From a bacterium (lineage in GTDB: Bacteria; Cyanobacteriota; Vampirovibrionia; LMEP-6097), in contig JAYQSH010000005.1 of the NCBI GenBank assembly GCA_038146805.1, positions 397,636-461,635 of the forward strand: DNA of 64,000 nt, written 5' to 3'. The translations under genes and the position numbers were made by a program. This document shows, piece by piece, positions 27,154 through 37,327 of the stretch. The first letter of the stretch is position 1, and every line of letters begins with the position of its first letter. The notes beneath the pieces were generated by a model. The model was given only the letters and a program-made list of their open reading frames with translations, ran no database searches and was not told where the DNA came from.

Positions 27154-27813
27154 GTGACATTTGCACCAAGTTGAGCTTCTAGATTGAGGTTGTTCATATC
27201 TTCTTTATAAAAAAACAAAAATCTAAACTTATCAGCAAAGCTAATTTTTTTGTCTAAAGCACAGCCAAGAATAAAATCATCGGCTTGCATTTCTTCACTA
27301 ATAATTATCATGACTCCATTATTTTTTTGTAAATCCAAAATATATTTTTCAAAACAATCTTTGCAGGGTAAAAGTTTTTGAGAATTTAATTTTTTACTTT
27401 TGTTATCAAGACGAAACAAGACCAAAATTTTTAAAAACTCATTGCCTAAATTATCAGCTTCTAAAGCGGAAAGCGAAGCTTGCTTTTCAGCACAATTTCT
27501 AAATTTGGCATTTTTCAAATTTTCTTTTTTGTGGATCAATATTTGCGCCGGCATGTACAAAAAACTCGCCTTGTTTTTGAAAAACAAAAATCGAAGAGTA
27601 ATAAGCATTTGAGTGTGGCGCAATAGCTTTTTTACTGATACTCTTTGCTTCTAAATAAAGTTTTTCATAAAAATCTTTCGAAAAATTTTGCTCTAATTCT
27701 TGACGATCAAAACCTTTCAGAAGCAAAGCAAAAAAGTCAAGAGCTTGCTGTGATTTCTCTAAATCTGTATATTTAAAGCCTGTTTTATAAAAAATAGCTT
27801 TTGAATCTTTCAT
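27150..27813 (-). pseudogene. cytidine/deoxycytidylate deaminase-family gene split by a frameshift near 27540
   Basis: The upstream ORF (27499..27813) ends ...FVHAGANIDP. The downstream frame (27150..27623) continues ...FRNCAEKQASLSAL...LPCKDCFEKYI, giving the CAE ... PCxxC zinc-deaminase signature. Confidence 0.6.
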
Positions 27814-28037
27814 GCTGGATAGACATTATTCCACTAAAAATAGGCCTTTTAACCTAGTATTTTGTGCTTTGTTTATTGCAGTCTATGACTGAATTTGACT
27901 AGTACAAAAGTTATGTATTACAGCACTAGAGGCCTACTGCATTTTTCAAATAAATGATGTATAGTTTTTTGAAAAATTTATGGATTAACATCTATATGAT
28001 TTGGTATTATTAAAGACACCAAAGATTTTTAAAAATT

Positions 28038-28760
28038 ATGAACACCGAATTAAAGACAGCAGATCCATTAGCAAATACAAAAGACACCAAAGTACTAATA
28101 ATCGAAGATGAAGCTCAAATCACACGCTTGATAGAACTTGAACTTAAGTACGAAGGTTACAATGTAATCACTGCAACTGATGGAGTTGAAGGTCTTAATT
28201 CAATTCGTGAAAGTTCTCCTGATTTGGTTTTGCTTGATTGCATGCTACCAAATATGTCAGGTGAAGAAGTATGTAAAAATGTACGTAAAGATTCTATCAA
28301 CACGCCAATCATCATGATTACAGCAAAAGATAGTATCGAAGATAAAGTTAAAGGTTTAGATTATGGTGCAGATGATTACTTAGTAAAACCGTTTGCTACA
28401 GAGGAATTGCTCGCAAGAATTCGTGCCGTTCTTAGAAGAAAACCAAAAAGTGAAGCAGGTACTTTACAATATAAAACTTTATGGCTTGATCAATTTAATC
28501 GTTTAGCAAAACGAGGAGATACAGAGCTAGAACTTAGAAGTAAAGAGTTTTCACTACTTAGAGTATTTATGCTACACCCAGAACAATATCTCACTAGAGA
28601 ATTTTTGTTCAATAAAGTTTGGGGTTACGACTTTATTGGTGAAAGCAATGTAATTGAAGTTTACATTAGATACCTTAGATCTAAACTAAAAGAAAAACAG
28701 TTAGGCAAATTAATCCACACTAAACGTGGTGAAGGTTATATGCTAAAACTGTTTGAATAA
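28038..28760 (+). CDS. OmpR-family response regulator
   Basis: Receiver domain (IIEDE, LVLLDCMLP, DDYLVKPF) plus winged-helix C-terminus (LT.REF.LL..F, RYLRSKL, TKRGEGY). No adjacent histidine kinase. Confidence 0.88.
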   Translation: MNTELKTADPLANTKDTKVLIIEDEAQITRLIELELKYEGYNVITATDGVEGLNSIRESSPDLVLLDCMLPNMSGEEVCKNVRKDSINTPIIMITAKDSIEDKVKGLDYGADDYLVKPFATEELLARIRAVLRRKPKSEAGTLQYKTLWLDQFNRLAKRGDTELELRSKEFSLLRVFMLHPEQYLTREFLFNKVWGYDFIGESNVIEVYIRYLRSKLKEKQLGKLIHTKRGEGYMLKLFE

Positions 28761-28809
28761 AGCTTTCAAAGCAAGCCTTATAAATATTAATAGTACTTTC
28801 GCAACAACT

Positions 28810-29586
28810 TTAATTTTTATTACTGGCGTTAATAATTGTCATAAGAGCGCCCACGCTCATTCCTATGATTGCAAGCAATTGAGCAGCAGCGAAGCCCCCT
28901 ATAAGTAGGCTATCGCTGCGGATTGCTTCTAAAAAGAAACGCACAAAAGAATACAAGAACAAATAAATTCCAATTAAACACAAATCTTTTTTACTTGAGT
29001 TTTCATAAAAATATTTATTTGAAAGAAAAAGAATTACAAAAATCAGCAGATTCAAAATGCTTTCATACAAAAAAGTTGGATGATGATACTGACCAGTGTG
29101 ACTAATATAAAGCTTCCAAGGTAATTCACAAACAGCACCAAAAGCTTCTTCATTAAAAAAATTACCCCAACGTCCAATAGCTTGTGCCAAGGGCAAAGCA
29201 GAAACAAGGGCGCTAAGATAAAATAGAATTTTTTCTTTTTCTTTAGCAAAAATCAAAAAGGCTGCCGCAAAGGCTCCCATAATGCCACCTTGAATAGAAA
29301 TACCACCATGCCAAATTTGCGGGATTTCTAAAAGATTATAAGAGAAATATTGCCAATCTAAAACAACATACCAAGTCCTCGCTCCAAAGATACCCGCAAA
29401 AAGCAAAATATAAGCTGTATTTTGAAAGTCCTCTAAGTCATTAAATTGTTTGTGTGCTCTTTGCCTAATCAACAAAGTTGCGTATTGCAAAGACAAATAA
29501 AAACCTAAGGCAATCAAAAGTCCATACCAACGTAAAGTAAGGGGACCTATTGAAACTATTTCTGCACCGGGAGAATGAAAAAGCAT
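28810..29586 (-). CDS. lgt: prolipoprotein diacylglyceryl transferase
   Basis: Polytopic membrane protein with the GRWGNFFNEE signature. Confidence 0.85.
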   Translation of the reverse strand: MLFHSPGAEIVSIGPLTLRWYGLLIALGFYLSLQYATLLIRQRAHKQFNDLEDFQNTAYILLFAGIFGARTWYVVLDWQYFSYNLLEIPQIWHGGISIQGGIMGAFAAAFLIFAKEKEKILFYLSALVSALPLAQAIGRWGNFFNEEAFGAVCELPWKLYISHTGQYHHPTFLYESILNLLIFVILFLSNKYFYENSSKKDLCLIGIYLFLYSFVRFFLEAIRSDSLLIGGFAAAQLLAIIGMSVGALMTIINASNKN

Positions 29587-29588
29587 AA

Positions 29589-30191
29589 TTAACTAACTGG
29601 CGAACTTGAATTTTTATCATAGATGCTATCTGCACCAAACAAAACAGCAAAAGTTCTAAAAATGATCATGATATCAAGAAAAACATTATTGTTTAAAGCG
29701 TACCAAACATCTAATTCCATACGCTTTTCATATGGAATAGAATTTCTGCCATTTACTTGAGTCCAGCCTGTTAAGCCGGGTTTGACTAAAAGTTTTTGCA
29801 TATCATGTTCGCTAAAATTTTTCACTTGTACAGGCAAAGCTGGTCTTGGACCAACAATACTCATCTCACCTAAAATTACATTTAATAATTGAGGTGTTTC
29901 ATCAAGGCTAGTTTTCCTTAAAAAATGACCCAAGGCAGTAATGCGATCGTCATCTTTTGATTCTGCAAGTTTGTTTGGATCAGCATCGAGCTTCATTGTA
30001 CGAAATTTAAAACAAGTAAATTCTTTATTGTTTTTGCCAACACGAGTGTGCAAGTATAAGGCAGGTCCAGCTGAATCTTTTTTTATTAAGACAACTAACA
30101 AAAGCCAAATCGGTAAAAAGAGCAAAGTAGCAAAAAAAGCTATCACGAAGTCTATGATTCTTTTACAAATTAGATTAACAAAAGTCTGCAC
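29589..30191 (-). CDS. undecaprenyl-phosphate sugar phosphotransferase (bacterial sugar transferase family)
   Basis: Single N-terminal TM segment, then KFRTM, DETPQL.NV..G.MS.VGPRP and KPGLTGWTQV motifs. Confidence 0.82.
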   Translation of the reverse strand: MQTFVNLICKRIIDFVIAFFATLLFLPIWLLLVVLIKKDSAGPALYLHTRVGKNNKEFTCFKFRTMKLDADPNKLAESKDDDRITALGHFLRKTSLDETPQLLNVILGEMSIVGPRPALPVQVKNFSEHDMQKLLVKPGLTGWTQVNGRNSIPYEKRMELDVWYALNNNVFLDIMIIFRTFAVLFGADSIYDKNSSSPVS

Positions 30192-30287
30192 TCAACCATT
30201 TTAACACTGCGAGCTGTGTCATTTTTATCTCACACTTAAGTAAAATCACTAAGTCTTTTGAGGAATCTTCAAGCTAAAGATAAAAAT

Positions 30288-30361
30288 GGGACAAAAATGA
30301 CACGGTCCGAAGTGTCTTAAAAATAGGACAAAAATAACACGGTCCGAAGTGTCTTATTAGA
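30288..30361 (-). repeat. two tandem 37-bp terminator-like hairpin units (minus orientation)
   Basis: GGGACAAAAATGACACGGTCCGAAGTGTCTTAAAAAT / AGGACAAAAATAACACGGTCCGAAGTGTCTTATTAGA, the reverse complement of the unit at 48699-48883. The second unit overlaps the stop of the ATPase gene. Confidence 0.85.
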
Positions 30362-31796
30362 GGATGCTTTTAAGTTGCTGTAAGGTATCAGCAAAAGCAA
30401 TTTGATCATAAATACCTTGTTGTAAAAATGCATTTATTTTTGGCACAATATTAATTGCTTTATCGATAGTTGCATTTGAACCTCTTTCGTAAGCACCAAT
30501 GTTGATGAGATCTTCATTCTCATTGTAAACCGCAAGTAAATTTCTCAGTTCACCAGCTAGCTGTTGTTGTTCTTTTGAAGTAATCTCTGTAAATAAACGG
30601 CTCACGCTTCCTAAAACATCAATTGCTGGATAATGGTTTTTGTGAGCAATTTTTCTTGACAAAACAATATGACCATCTAAAACTCCACGCACAGTATCTG
30701 CAACAGGCTCATTCATATCATCACCTTCAACTAAAACCGCATAGATAGCAGTGATAGAACCTTTTTCAGCTTTACCGGCTCTTTCTAAAACTCTTGGAAT
30801 TAAGGAAAACACCGAAGGTGTATAACCCTTCATGGTTGGAGGTTCACCAACAGCCAAACCCACATCCCTTGCTGCCATTGCCATACGTGTCACACTATCA
30901 ACCATAAGCATAACTTTTTTTCCTTGATCCCGAAAATATTCAGCAATAGTTGTAGCTGTTAGTAAACATTTCATTCTCATCATTGCAGGTTGGTCACCAG
31001 TAGCAATCACACAAACAGAGCGCTTCATACCTTCTTCACCCAAAGAAGCTTCAATAAAATCTTGCACCTCACGACCACGCTCACCTACTAAAGCAATCAC
31101 ATTAATATCAGCATCACAGTAACGAGCAATCATACCCATAGTCGTTGATTTACCAACTCCAGAACCAGCAAACAAACCAATACGCTGGCCTTCTCCAAAA
31201 GTTAAAGTTGAATCAATAGCACGCACTCCAGTCGCAAAAACATCTTTGATACGAGGTCGTCCAAAAGAATCTGGTGGAGCTTGTTCTATATCACGAAACT
31301 CATCAGGAACAATTGGTGGTTTTTTGTCCATAGGATCACCAATAGCATTTACTACACGCCCTAAAAGTGCTGGACTTAAACCAATTTGCATAGTGTTTCC
31401 AGTAGGATAAACGCGGCAACCTTGACTAATTCCCTTGCCATCAACAAGTGATAACAATAAAGAAATTTGCCCTCGAAACCCTACAACCTCTGCAAATTTT
31501 TCTACACCTTCATCAGTAACAATCTTACAAATCTCACCAACTTTAGCACCGGGCAACTGCGCCTCAATCAAAAGTCCAACCACTTTGCTCACATAGCCGT
31601 ACCATTCTTGACTTTGAAAATTTTCTAAAGCATTGGCAAATTTATTTTTTAATTGCTCACTTGCTTGATTGACATCATCAAAACATAATTTAGTTTGATC
31701 ATTAATCTGCATAAAATCTTCATAGACCTTATCAAACAATTCTCGATTGAGCTTGTCCTCTTGAAGATTTTCACTCGAACTATCCACTATATACAC
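30357..31796 (-). CDS. FliI/SctN(YscN)-family type III export ATPase
   Basis: Walker A GSGVGKST, VGERGREV and Walker B VMLMVDSVTR. About 480 aa. GTG start. No other flagellar or T3SS genes nearby. Confidence 0.85.
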   Translation of the reverse strand: MYIVDSSSENLQEDKLNRELFDKVYEDFMQINDQTKLCFDDVNQASEQLKNKFANALENFQSQEWYGYVSKVVGLLIEAQLPGAKVGEICKIVTDEGVEKFAEVVGFRGQISLLLSLVDGKGISQGCRVYPTGNTMQIGLSPALLGRVVNAIGDPMDKKPPIVPDEFRDIEQAPPDSFGRPRIKDVFATGVRAIDSTLTFGEGQRIGLFAGSGVGKSTTMGMIARYCDADINVIALVGERGREVQDFIEASLGEEGMKRSVCVIATGDQPAMMRMKCLLTATTIAEYFRDQGKKVMLMVDSVTRMAMAARDVGLAVGEPPTMKGYTPSVFSLIPRVLERAGKAEKGSITAIYAVLVEGDDMNEPVADTVRGVLDGHIVLSRKIAHKNHYPAIDVLGSVSRLFTEITSKEQQQLAGELRNLLAVYNENEDLINIGAYERGSNATIDKAINIVPKINAFLQQGIYDQIAFADTLQQLKSIL

Positions 31797-31839
31797 ATTT
31801 TACCCAAAGCATAGGTGTTATTATCTAATGTATTGACAA

Positions 31840-32691
31840 TTGAATAAGAACGGGCTATTATCTAGATTAGTGTGGAAGAATTTATCAGATGAATTCAAAC
31901 GTGATGCTTATCTTAATGCACTTGAAGCCTGGAAGGCTGGTGCCATTGAGTGTGAACCTGTGTATCCAACATTAGCAAAAAAAAAACCCAAGACAAATAG
32001 AACAAATGCTGAAATTCTTGCACAACCAAAAGAAACAAACTCAAATGAAATATTACGAAGTCCAAAAATGGACTTATTCAATAAACCAGAACTTACTATT
32101 AGCATCAATGAAGGTGTTGCTACAATCAGGGGCATTCAAATGAATGAAGATGGTTATTTAATAATCACAAATAAAGAAGATGCAAAAAGAACTATACAAA
32201 GAACTATAAACCGACTCAAAAAGAGAAGTTTTGACAGTGATGACGGATTTCCAGAATTAATGCTAAGAATAGTTTTTGAGGATGAATTACAAGGTAAAAA
32301 TCTGCAAGATCCTGCATACCAACGATGTAGAAACAAAGTCATAAACCCAGAAAATCCAAGTGAATGGATTCCAAACATTTTCGCAAGATCTAGGTTTATT
32401 GAAAATCTAAAAACAAATCCTGATGAGTTTGTACCTCAAGCCTTAGACGCAAATTCTTTTGGTTTACATTTTAATCGTGCATTTCGCAATTCCAGTGATG
32501 AAGAAGCTTTAAACATGTTTGTCAATTATACAAACACTCTAATCAATATCAAATTGAATAGTCCTGAAGAATTTACAAATAATGAAACTAATAATAATTT
32601 GCGTGAAACTAAAAAGCAGAAGGAAGCAAAAAGCGATATTCCTGAAAACCCAGATGTAACAGAGGCATGGAGAAGATATTATACAAGTTAA
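31840..32691 (+). CDS. hypothetical protein
   Basis: 283-aa ORF with a TTG start and no recognised domain. Confidence 0.45.
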   Translation: MNKNGLLSRLVWKNLSDEFKRDAYLNALEAWKAGAIECEPVYPTLAKKKPKTNRTNAEILAQPKETNSNEILRSPKMDLFNKPELTISINEGVATIRGIQMNEDGYLIITNKEDAKRTIQRTINRLKKRSFDSDDGFPELMLRIVFEDELQGKNLQDPAYQRCRNKVINPENPSEWIPNIFARSRFIENLKTNPDEFVPQALDANSFGLHFNRAFRNSSDEEALNMFVNYTNTLINIKLNSPEEFTNNETNNNLRETKKQKEAKSDIPENPDVTEAWRRYYTS

Positions 32692-32709
32692 AGTCAAAAA
32701 ACTATAAAT

Positions 32710-33003
32710 TTAAACTTCAGGAAAATATTCTATGTGATCACCATCAACAGTGACAATAGCTTTTTTTGCATCTTTTGGAGTTGTTTTTCCTTTAGCAGTT
32801 CTTTTTGCTGAACCAAAAACTTTTGAGATATTAATTTTACGAACCTTATGATCTGGGAAATACTTTGCAAAAGCTTCTTTGACATGGTTTTTTGTAGCCC
32901 ATGAAGGAATAACAAAACTATATTTAGAAAGTTCACTTGCTTGAATACAAGATTTTTCTGTGATTAAAGGTTTTTTTAGTACTTCTTCGATTGTATGTGA
33001 CAT
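32710..33003 (-). CDS. rplW: 50S ribosomal protein L23
   Basis: LKKPLITEKS N-terminal signature, 97 aa, directly downstream of rplD. Confidence 0.88.
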   Translation of the reverse strand: MSHTIEEVLKKPLITEKSCIQASELSKYSFVIPSWATKNHVKEAFAKYFPDHKVRKINISKVFGSAKRTAKGKTTPKDAKKAIVTVDGDHIEYFPEV

Positions 33004-33026
33004 GATAATTTCCTTTTTAAAATTTA

Positions 33027-33713
33027 TTAAACAGTAAGTGCTTCTTTTTTGTTTTTCTGCGATTCAGTGATATCAGCGTATCTCTCTTCTAATTGCGCAA
33101 GAGCCTGCTGTGAAATAATCACTTGGTCTGCTTTCAATAAGTCTTTTACATTTAACTCATTTGTAGTAAGCAGTTTCACATCCACTAAATTACGTGATGC
33201 TCTTTTGAGATTTTGAACTTCAGAGTTTGCACTATCAACAACAAAAACTAAGTTTTTGTTTGTCAACTCTAAACTACTAATTAAACTTGCAAATTCTTTT
33301 GTCTTTGCTTGTTCTAACTCAATACTTTCAATTGCCGCAAGTCTGTTTTCTGAAATCAATAAATTAAAAGCAGACAAAAGAGCTCTTTGTGATTCTTTAG
33401 CGTTCATACCACGAGTCCAATTAACATTGTTACGTGGACCAAAAATCACTCCACCGCCTCTCCAAAGAGGTGATCTTGATGAACCAGCACGAGCACGACC
33501 AGTTCCTTTTTGTCTCCAAGGCTTAGCACCACCACCACGAACTTCCATTCTAGTTTTTGTATGCGCTGTACCAGCACGAGCATTTGACTCTTGACGCATT
33601 CTTGCTAAATACAATAAATGCTCATTTACTTCAAGGCCAAAAAGATCAGAATTTAATTCTTGACCTTTACTGGTCTTTTTACCTTTTTTATCGAAAACTG
33701 TGATATTTGACAT
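33027..33713 (-). CDS. rplD: 50S ribosomal protein L4
   Basis: RGGGAKPWRQKGTGRARAGS motif. Start set at ATG 33713 (MSNITVFDKKGK...); the ORF-track start 33797 adds an implausible N-terminus. Confidence 0.88.
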   Translation of the reverse strand: MSNITVFDKKGKKTSKGQELNSDLFGLEVNEHLLYLARMRQESNARAGTAHTKTRMEVRGGGAKPWRQKGTGRARAGSSRSPLWRGGGVIFGPRNNVNWTRGMNAKESQRALLSAFNLLISENRLAAIESIELEQAKTKEFASLISSLELTNKNLVFVVDSANSEVQNLKRASRNLVDVKLLTTNELNVKDLLKADQVIISQQALAQLEERYADITESQKNKKEALTV

Positions 33714-33904
33714 AATTAAGCTACCCTTTTTAGAAGCGGCCTCAAATAATATCATATAGACATAAGGCTTTACCCTAAAAAAAACAAGTAAAATCAACGC
33801 TTTTGCTTTATTTTAATATTCATTCAGGATAGATGAAAAAATACAGTAAAACTTGGTTTTTCTCAGGCTTAAGAGCTATTTTTCTTAACTAAATCTTAAA
33901 AACA

Positions 33905-34753
33905 ATGCAATACATAATATATGTGGCTAAAGAAATAACCAATCAATTTCAAATTAATGCAAGCGGTAATAATAATCGCTTACAAGAAGTTTTAGATGGC
34001 AAGGCCACGGGCAATAGCTTAGATGATAAATTAAAAGGTTTAATTGAATTTTTAGAAGGTCAATTAAATATTAAAGCGCCAGCAGGTAACTCACAACAAA
34101 AACTCAATTTTTTAACAAGCGAACTTAAAACAAGAGAAACCAAAGAACAAATTCATATTTTAAAACAAGTTGATAATCAATTTGGCAGTAAAGAAAACTC
34201 TCCTTTTGCTCAACAAGTTCAAGCACTAAAAAAAGATGTTTTGCAAAACATCAAAGAAAAATTACAAAATCAATCCACAACAAACAAAGAAGAAAAAGAA
34301 AATGTTTCAAGTCAGTTTATTGACACTCAAAATACTACAAAAATTATTGCAAAGAAACCTTTTGAACAAAGAGTAAGTTTTCAAAGTAATCTGGCAGATC
34401 ATAATCAAGGATTTTTTGAAGATAGTGCTTTTAAAATGTCTGAATTTGCTCTGGAGGATCCACGTGCCAAAGAAGCTTATAGAATGTGCCGTGAAGCAGA
34501 TAAATTCTGGACTGGCGAAAAAGATTTTTTGACTGAATTAAAAGATGCAGGTAGCTCTACACAAAATCAAGCTCAATTAGATATTGCTTTTAGAGATTTA
34601 ATCACACTGCAATTACAAATGAGCTCAAACTTTGACGTTGATTTTGAAAACCTCGAACAAGGTAAACTCGGACAAGGTGAAAGAGATGGTATTGCCGCTG
34701 AAATCGCCTCTAAAAAAGCTGATATTCGAGAATTACATTCAAACCTTGCATAA
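33905..34753 (+). CDS. hypothetical coiled-coil protein
   Basis: 282-aa ORF, Q/K/E/N-rich. No recognised domain. Confidence 0.5.
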   Translation: MQYIIYVAKEITNQFQINASGNNNRLQEVLDGKATGNSLDDKLKGLIEFLEGQLNIKAPAGNSQQKLNFLTSELKTRETKEQIHILKQVDNQFGSKENSPFAQQVQALKKDVLQNIKEKLQNQSTTNKEEKENVSSQFIDTQNTTKIIAKKPFEQRVSFQSNLADHNQGFFEDSAFKMSEFALEDPRAKEAYRMCREADKFWTGEKDFLTELKDAGSSTQNQAQLDIAFRDLITLQLQMSSNFDVDFENLEQGKLGQGERDGIAAEIASKKADIRELHSNLA

Positions 34754-34780
34754 AATTTTCAAGAAAAAAAAGCCCCAACC

Positions 34781-35422
34781 ATGAAAATAAACACCCAAAA
34801 CGAAACCACCATAGACGCAATTAATAGTTACAAAAATCTTTGGACTAGTGCAAACAATAATTATCAAAGTTTAGAATCTCAGCTCGATAATATAAATCTA
34901 CAAGACATGCAAGCTGATAGTTCTTTGAATTCTACACTTGCTAGAGCAAGCGTGCAAAATGAAAGAGCGCAACTCTCTCTTGCAGCAAGTAATAATGGCT
35001 TGACACAAAACTTGAATATATTACAAAAATTCATGAATCTTGAAATGAAAAAAGACGAGCCCGATGAAAAACTTTTTAAAGTGATTCAACAAGAATATAT
35101 TTTACATAAAATGCAACTGGCACAAAACTACGAAAAGCTTGATGGTTTAAAAGATATCAATAAATTATATGGAACGATAGAAAATGAAAATCAAGGTTAT
35201 AAGATCAAAGAAAATCTCAAACTACAAAATCAAATTAATAATTTAACAAGTAAAATCGACTTAGAAAGATCAAATAGAGACTTATACAAAACTGAAATAG
35301 GTCTTTTAGAAAAAGATCTTTTTGATGTTGAAATCACATCGCAAGCACAAGACAGCATAGAACAAAGTCAGGACCTAAGCGAAGACAAAAAACTTAAAAA
35401 GAAAAAAGAGTTTGAGTCTTAA
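34781..35422 (+). CDS. hypothetical coiled-coil protein
   Basis: 213-aa ORF, N/Q/L-rich heptad-like sequence. Co-directional with 33905..34753. Confidence 0.5.
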   Translation: MKINTQNETTIDAINSYKNLWTSANNNYQSLESQLDNINLQDMQADSSLNSTLARASVQNERAQLSLAASNNGLTQNLNILQKFMNLEMKKDEPDEKLFKVIQQEYILHKMQLAQNYEKLDGLKDINKLYGTIENENQGYKIKENLKLQNQINNLTSKIDLERSNRDLYKTEIGLLEKDLFDVEITSQAQDSIEQSQDLSEDKKLKKKKEFES

Positions 35423-35460
35423 GGCTCAGGGAGTGAATCCTTAAAAACACCGAGGTGCTA

Positions 35461-36987
35461 TTAAACAACAAAAGCTGATTTGAAAGCTTCAAGTGCTTGA
35501 GTTAAAGCTTGTTTAATTTCATCATCAAAAGCACAACCTCTATCAAGTTTTTCTTTTAGGTCAGCATGATTTGCTTTAAAGAACTTAAACCACTCTTCTT
35601 TAAACTGAGCAATTTTTGTCGTTTCGATATCATCAAACAAACCTGAATCAGCAGCAAAAATAATTGAAACCATCTCAGCTACCGTATGCGGTGCATACTG
35701 ACCTTGCTTTAACATCTCAACTGATTTTTGACCACGACGAATTTGTTGTTGAGTCGCTTCATCTAAATCAGATGCAAACTGAACAAAAGCTTCAAGTTCT
35801 CTAAACTGAGCTAAACCCAATCTCAAAGGACCAGCAACTTTTTTCATACATTTTGTTTGCGCCGCTCCACCCACACGAGAAACAGAAAGACCAACATTGA
35901 TCGCAGGACGCACACCAGCATTAAACAAGTTTGTTTCTAAGAAAATCTGCCCATCAGTAATTGAAATTACATTGGTTGGAATGTACGCAGAAACGTCACC
36001 AGCTTGAGTTTCAATAATTGGCAAAGCTGTAATAGAACCAGCACCTTGATCATCACTCAATTTACAAGCTCTTTCTAATAATCTTGAATGTAAATAAAAA
36101 ACATCACCCGGATAAGCTTCACGTCCCGGTGGTCTTCTTAATAAAAGTGACATTGCACGATAAGCAACTGCATGCTTAGAAAGATCATCATAAATAATCA
36201 AAACATGTTTGCCTTTTTCTAAAAAGTACTCAGCAATTGCAACTCCTGCAAATGGAGCCAAAAACTGTTTAGCAGCAGTTTCTGTTGAACCTGCATGTAC
36301 GATAACTGAATAATCCATTGCACCTTCAGCTTCAAGTTTTTTAGCAATTTGTGCAACAGTTGAGTTTTTCTGACCAATAGAAACATAAACACATACTGGT
36401 CTATTTTCTTCTGGTTCATTTCTTTGATTTAAAATCGTATCGATAGCAATCGCGGTTTTACCAGTTTGTCTATCTCCAATAATCAACTCACGCTGTCCTC
36501 TACCAATAGGAATCATTGAGTCAATTGCAGTAATTCCAGTTTGCATTGGCTCATGAACTGATTTACGTTTAACGATGCCCGGTGCAATTTTTTCTAAAGG
36601 CATATATTTATCAACGTTGTAAGCAGGCTTAGAATCTAACATCTCACCTGTTGGAGAAACAACTCTACCTAAAACTTCATCACTTGCACCAATTGAAGCA
36701 ATACGACCGGTAGATTTTACCGTAGTTCCTTCTTGAATTTTTCTTCCGGGACCAAGTAAAACAGCACCAACGTTATCTTCCTCAAGGTTAATAACCATTC
36801 CTTGTGTTTTTTCTTCATCATCAAATTCAATTAATTCACCGTTAATTGCAGATCCAAGTCCATAAATACGAGCAATTCCATCACCTACAGAAAGCACACT
36901 GCCTTGCTCCAAAATTTCATTACTATCTTTGTAGTTTTGAATCTGTTCTTTTAAAATTCTAGTTATTTCATCTGGTCTTATTGACAT
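35461..36987 (-). CDS. atpA: F-type ATP synthase subunit alpha
   Basis: Walker [24 protein letters not shown], 508 aa. No other atp genes adjacent. Confidence 0.93.
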   Translation of the reverse strand: MSIRPDEITRILKEQIQNYKDSNEILEQGSVLSVGDGIARIYGLGSAINGELIEFDDEEKTQGMVINLEEDNVGAVLLGPGRKIQEGTTVKSTGRIASIGASDEVLGRVVSPTGEMLDSKPAYNVDKYMPLEKIAPGIVKRKSVHEPMQTGITAIDSMIPIGRGQRELIIGDRQTGKTAIAIDTILNQRNEPEENRPVCVYVSIGQKNSTVAQIAKKLEAEGAMDYSVIVHAGSTETAAKQFLAPFAGVAIAEYFLEKGKHVLIIYDDLSKHAVAYRAMSLLLRRPPGREAYPGDVFYLHSRLLERACKLSDDQGAGSITALPIIETQAGDVSAYIPTNVISITDGQIFLETNLFNAGVRPAINVGLSVSRVGGAAQTKCMKKVAGPLRLGLAQFRELEAFVQFASDLDEATQQQIRRGQKSVEMLKQGQYAPHTVAEMVSIIFAADSGLFDDIETTKIAQFKEEWFKFFKANHADLKEKLDRGCAFDDEIKQALTQALEAFKSAFVV

Positions 36988-37123
36988 AAGTAAAATATTA
37001 ACAGTATTGAAGCTTTGTAGTTGTTAAAACGTAATTAAGGATTCGCTAAAAAACTAAGTTTTGAGGCACGAGAGTAACGCAGTTATTGGAATTTGTTACA
37101 GTAGCATAGTCTTAATAAATCCT

Positions 37124-37160
37124 GAGACAAAATGAACACGGTCCGAAGTGTCTTAGCTAA
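37124..37160 (-). repeat. single 37-bp terminator-like hairpin unit
   Basis: GAGACAAAATGAACACGGTCCGAAGTGTCTTAGCTAA. Lies downstream of the minus-strand ORF 37328..37987. Confidence 0.8.
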
Positions 37161-37261
37161 GCGACGGTGTTTGATTCTTTTGTTAGGCGTGTCTAACCAA
37201 ACCCTACTTATGCCCAAATCTAAAGACTCGAGATACTTATTACGGGTTTGGAAGCACGCCC
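37157..37261 (+). repeat. MITE-like element, copy 3 (full, with 5' extension)
   Basis: CTAAGCGACGGTGTTTGATTCTTTTGTTAGGCGTGTCTAACC...GGAAGCACGCCC, near-identical to 49151-49255. Confidence 0.88.
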
Positions 37262-37327
37262 TTTAATCAGGCTTGAATCAAAAGACTGCGTCAATTTTTT
37301 AGTAGATCCTTAAAAAAGCAAACCGTA

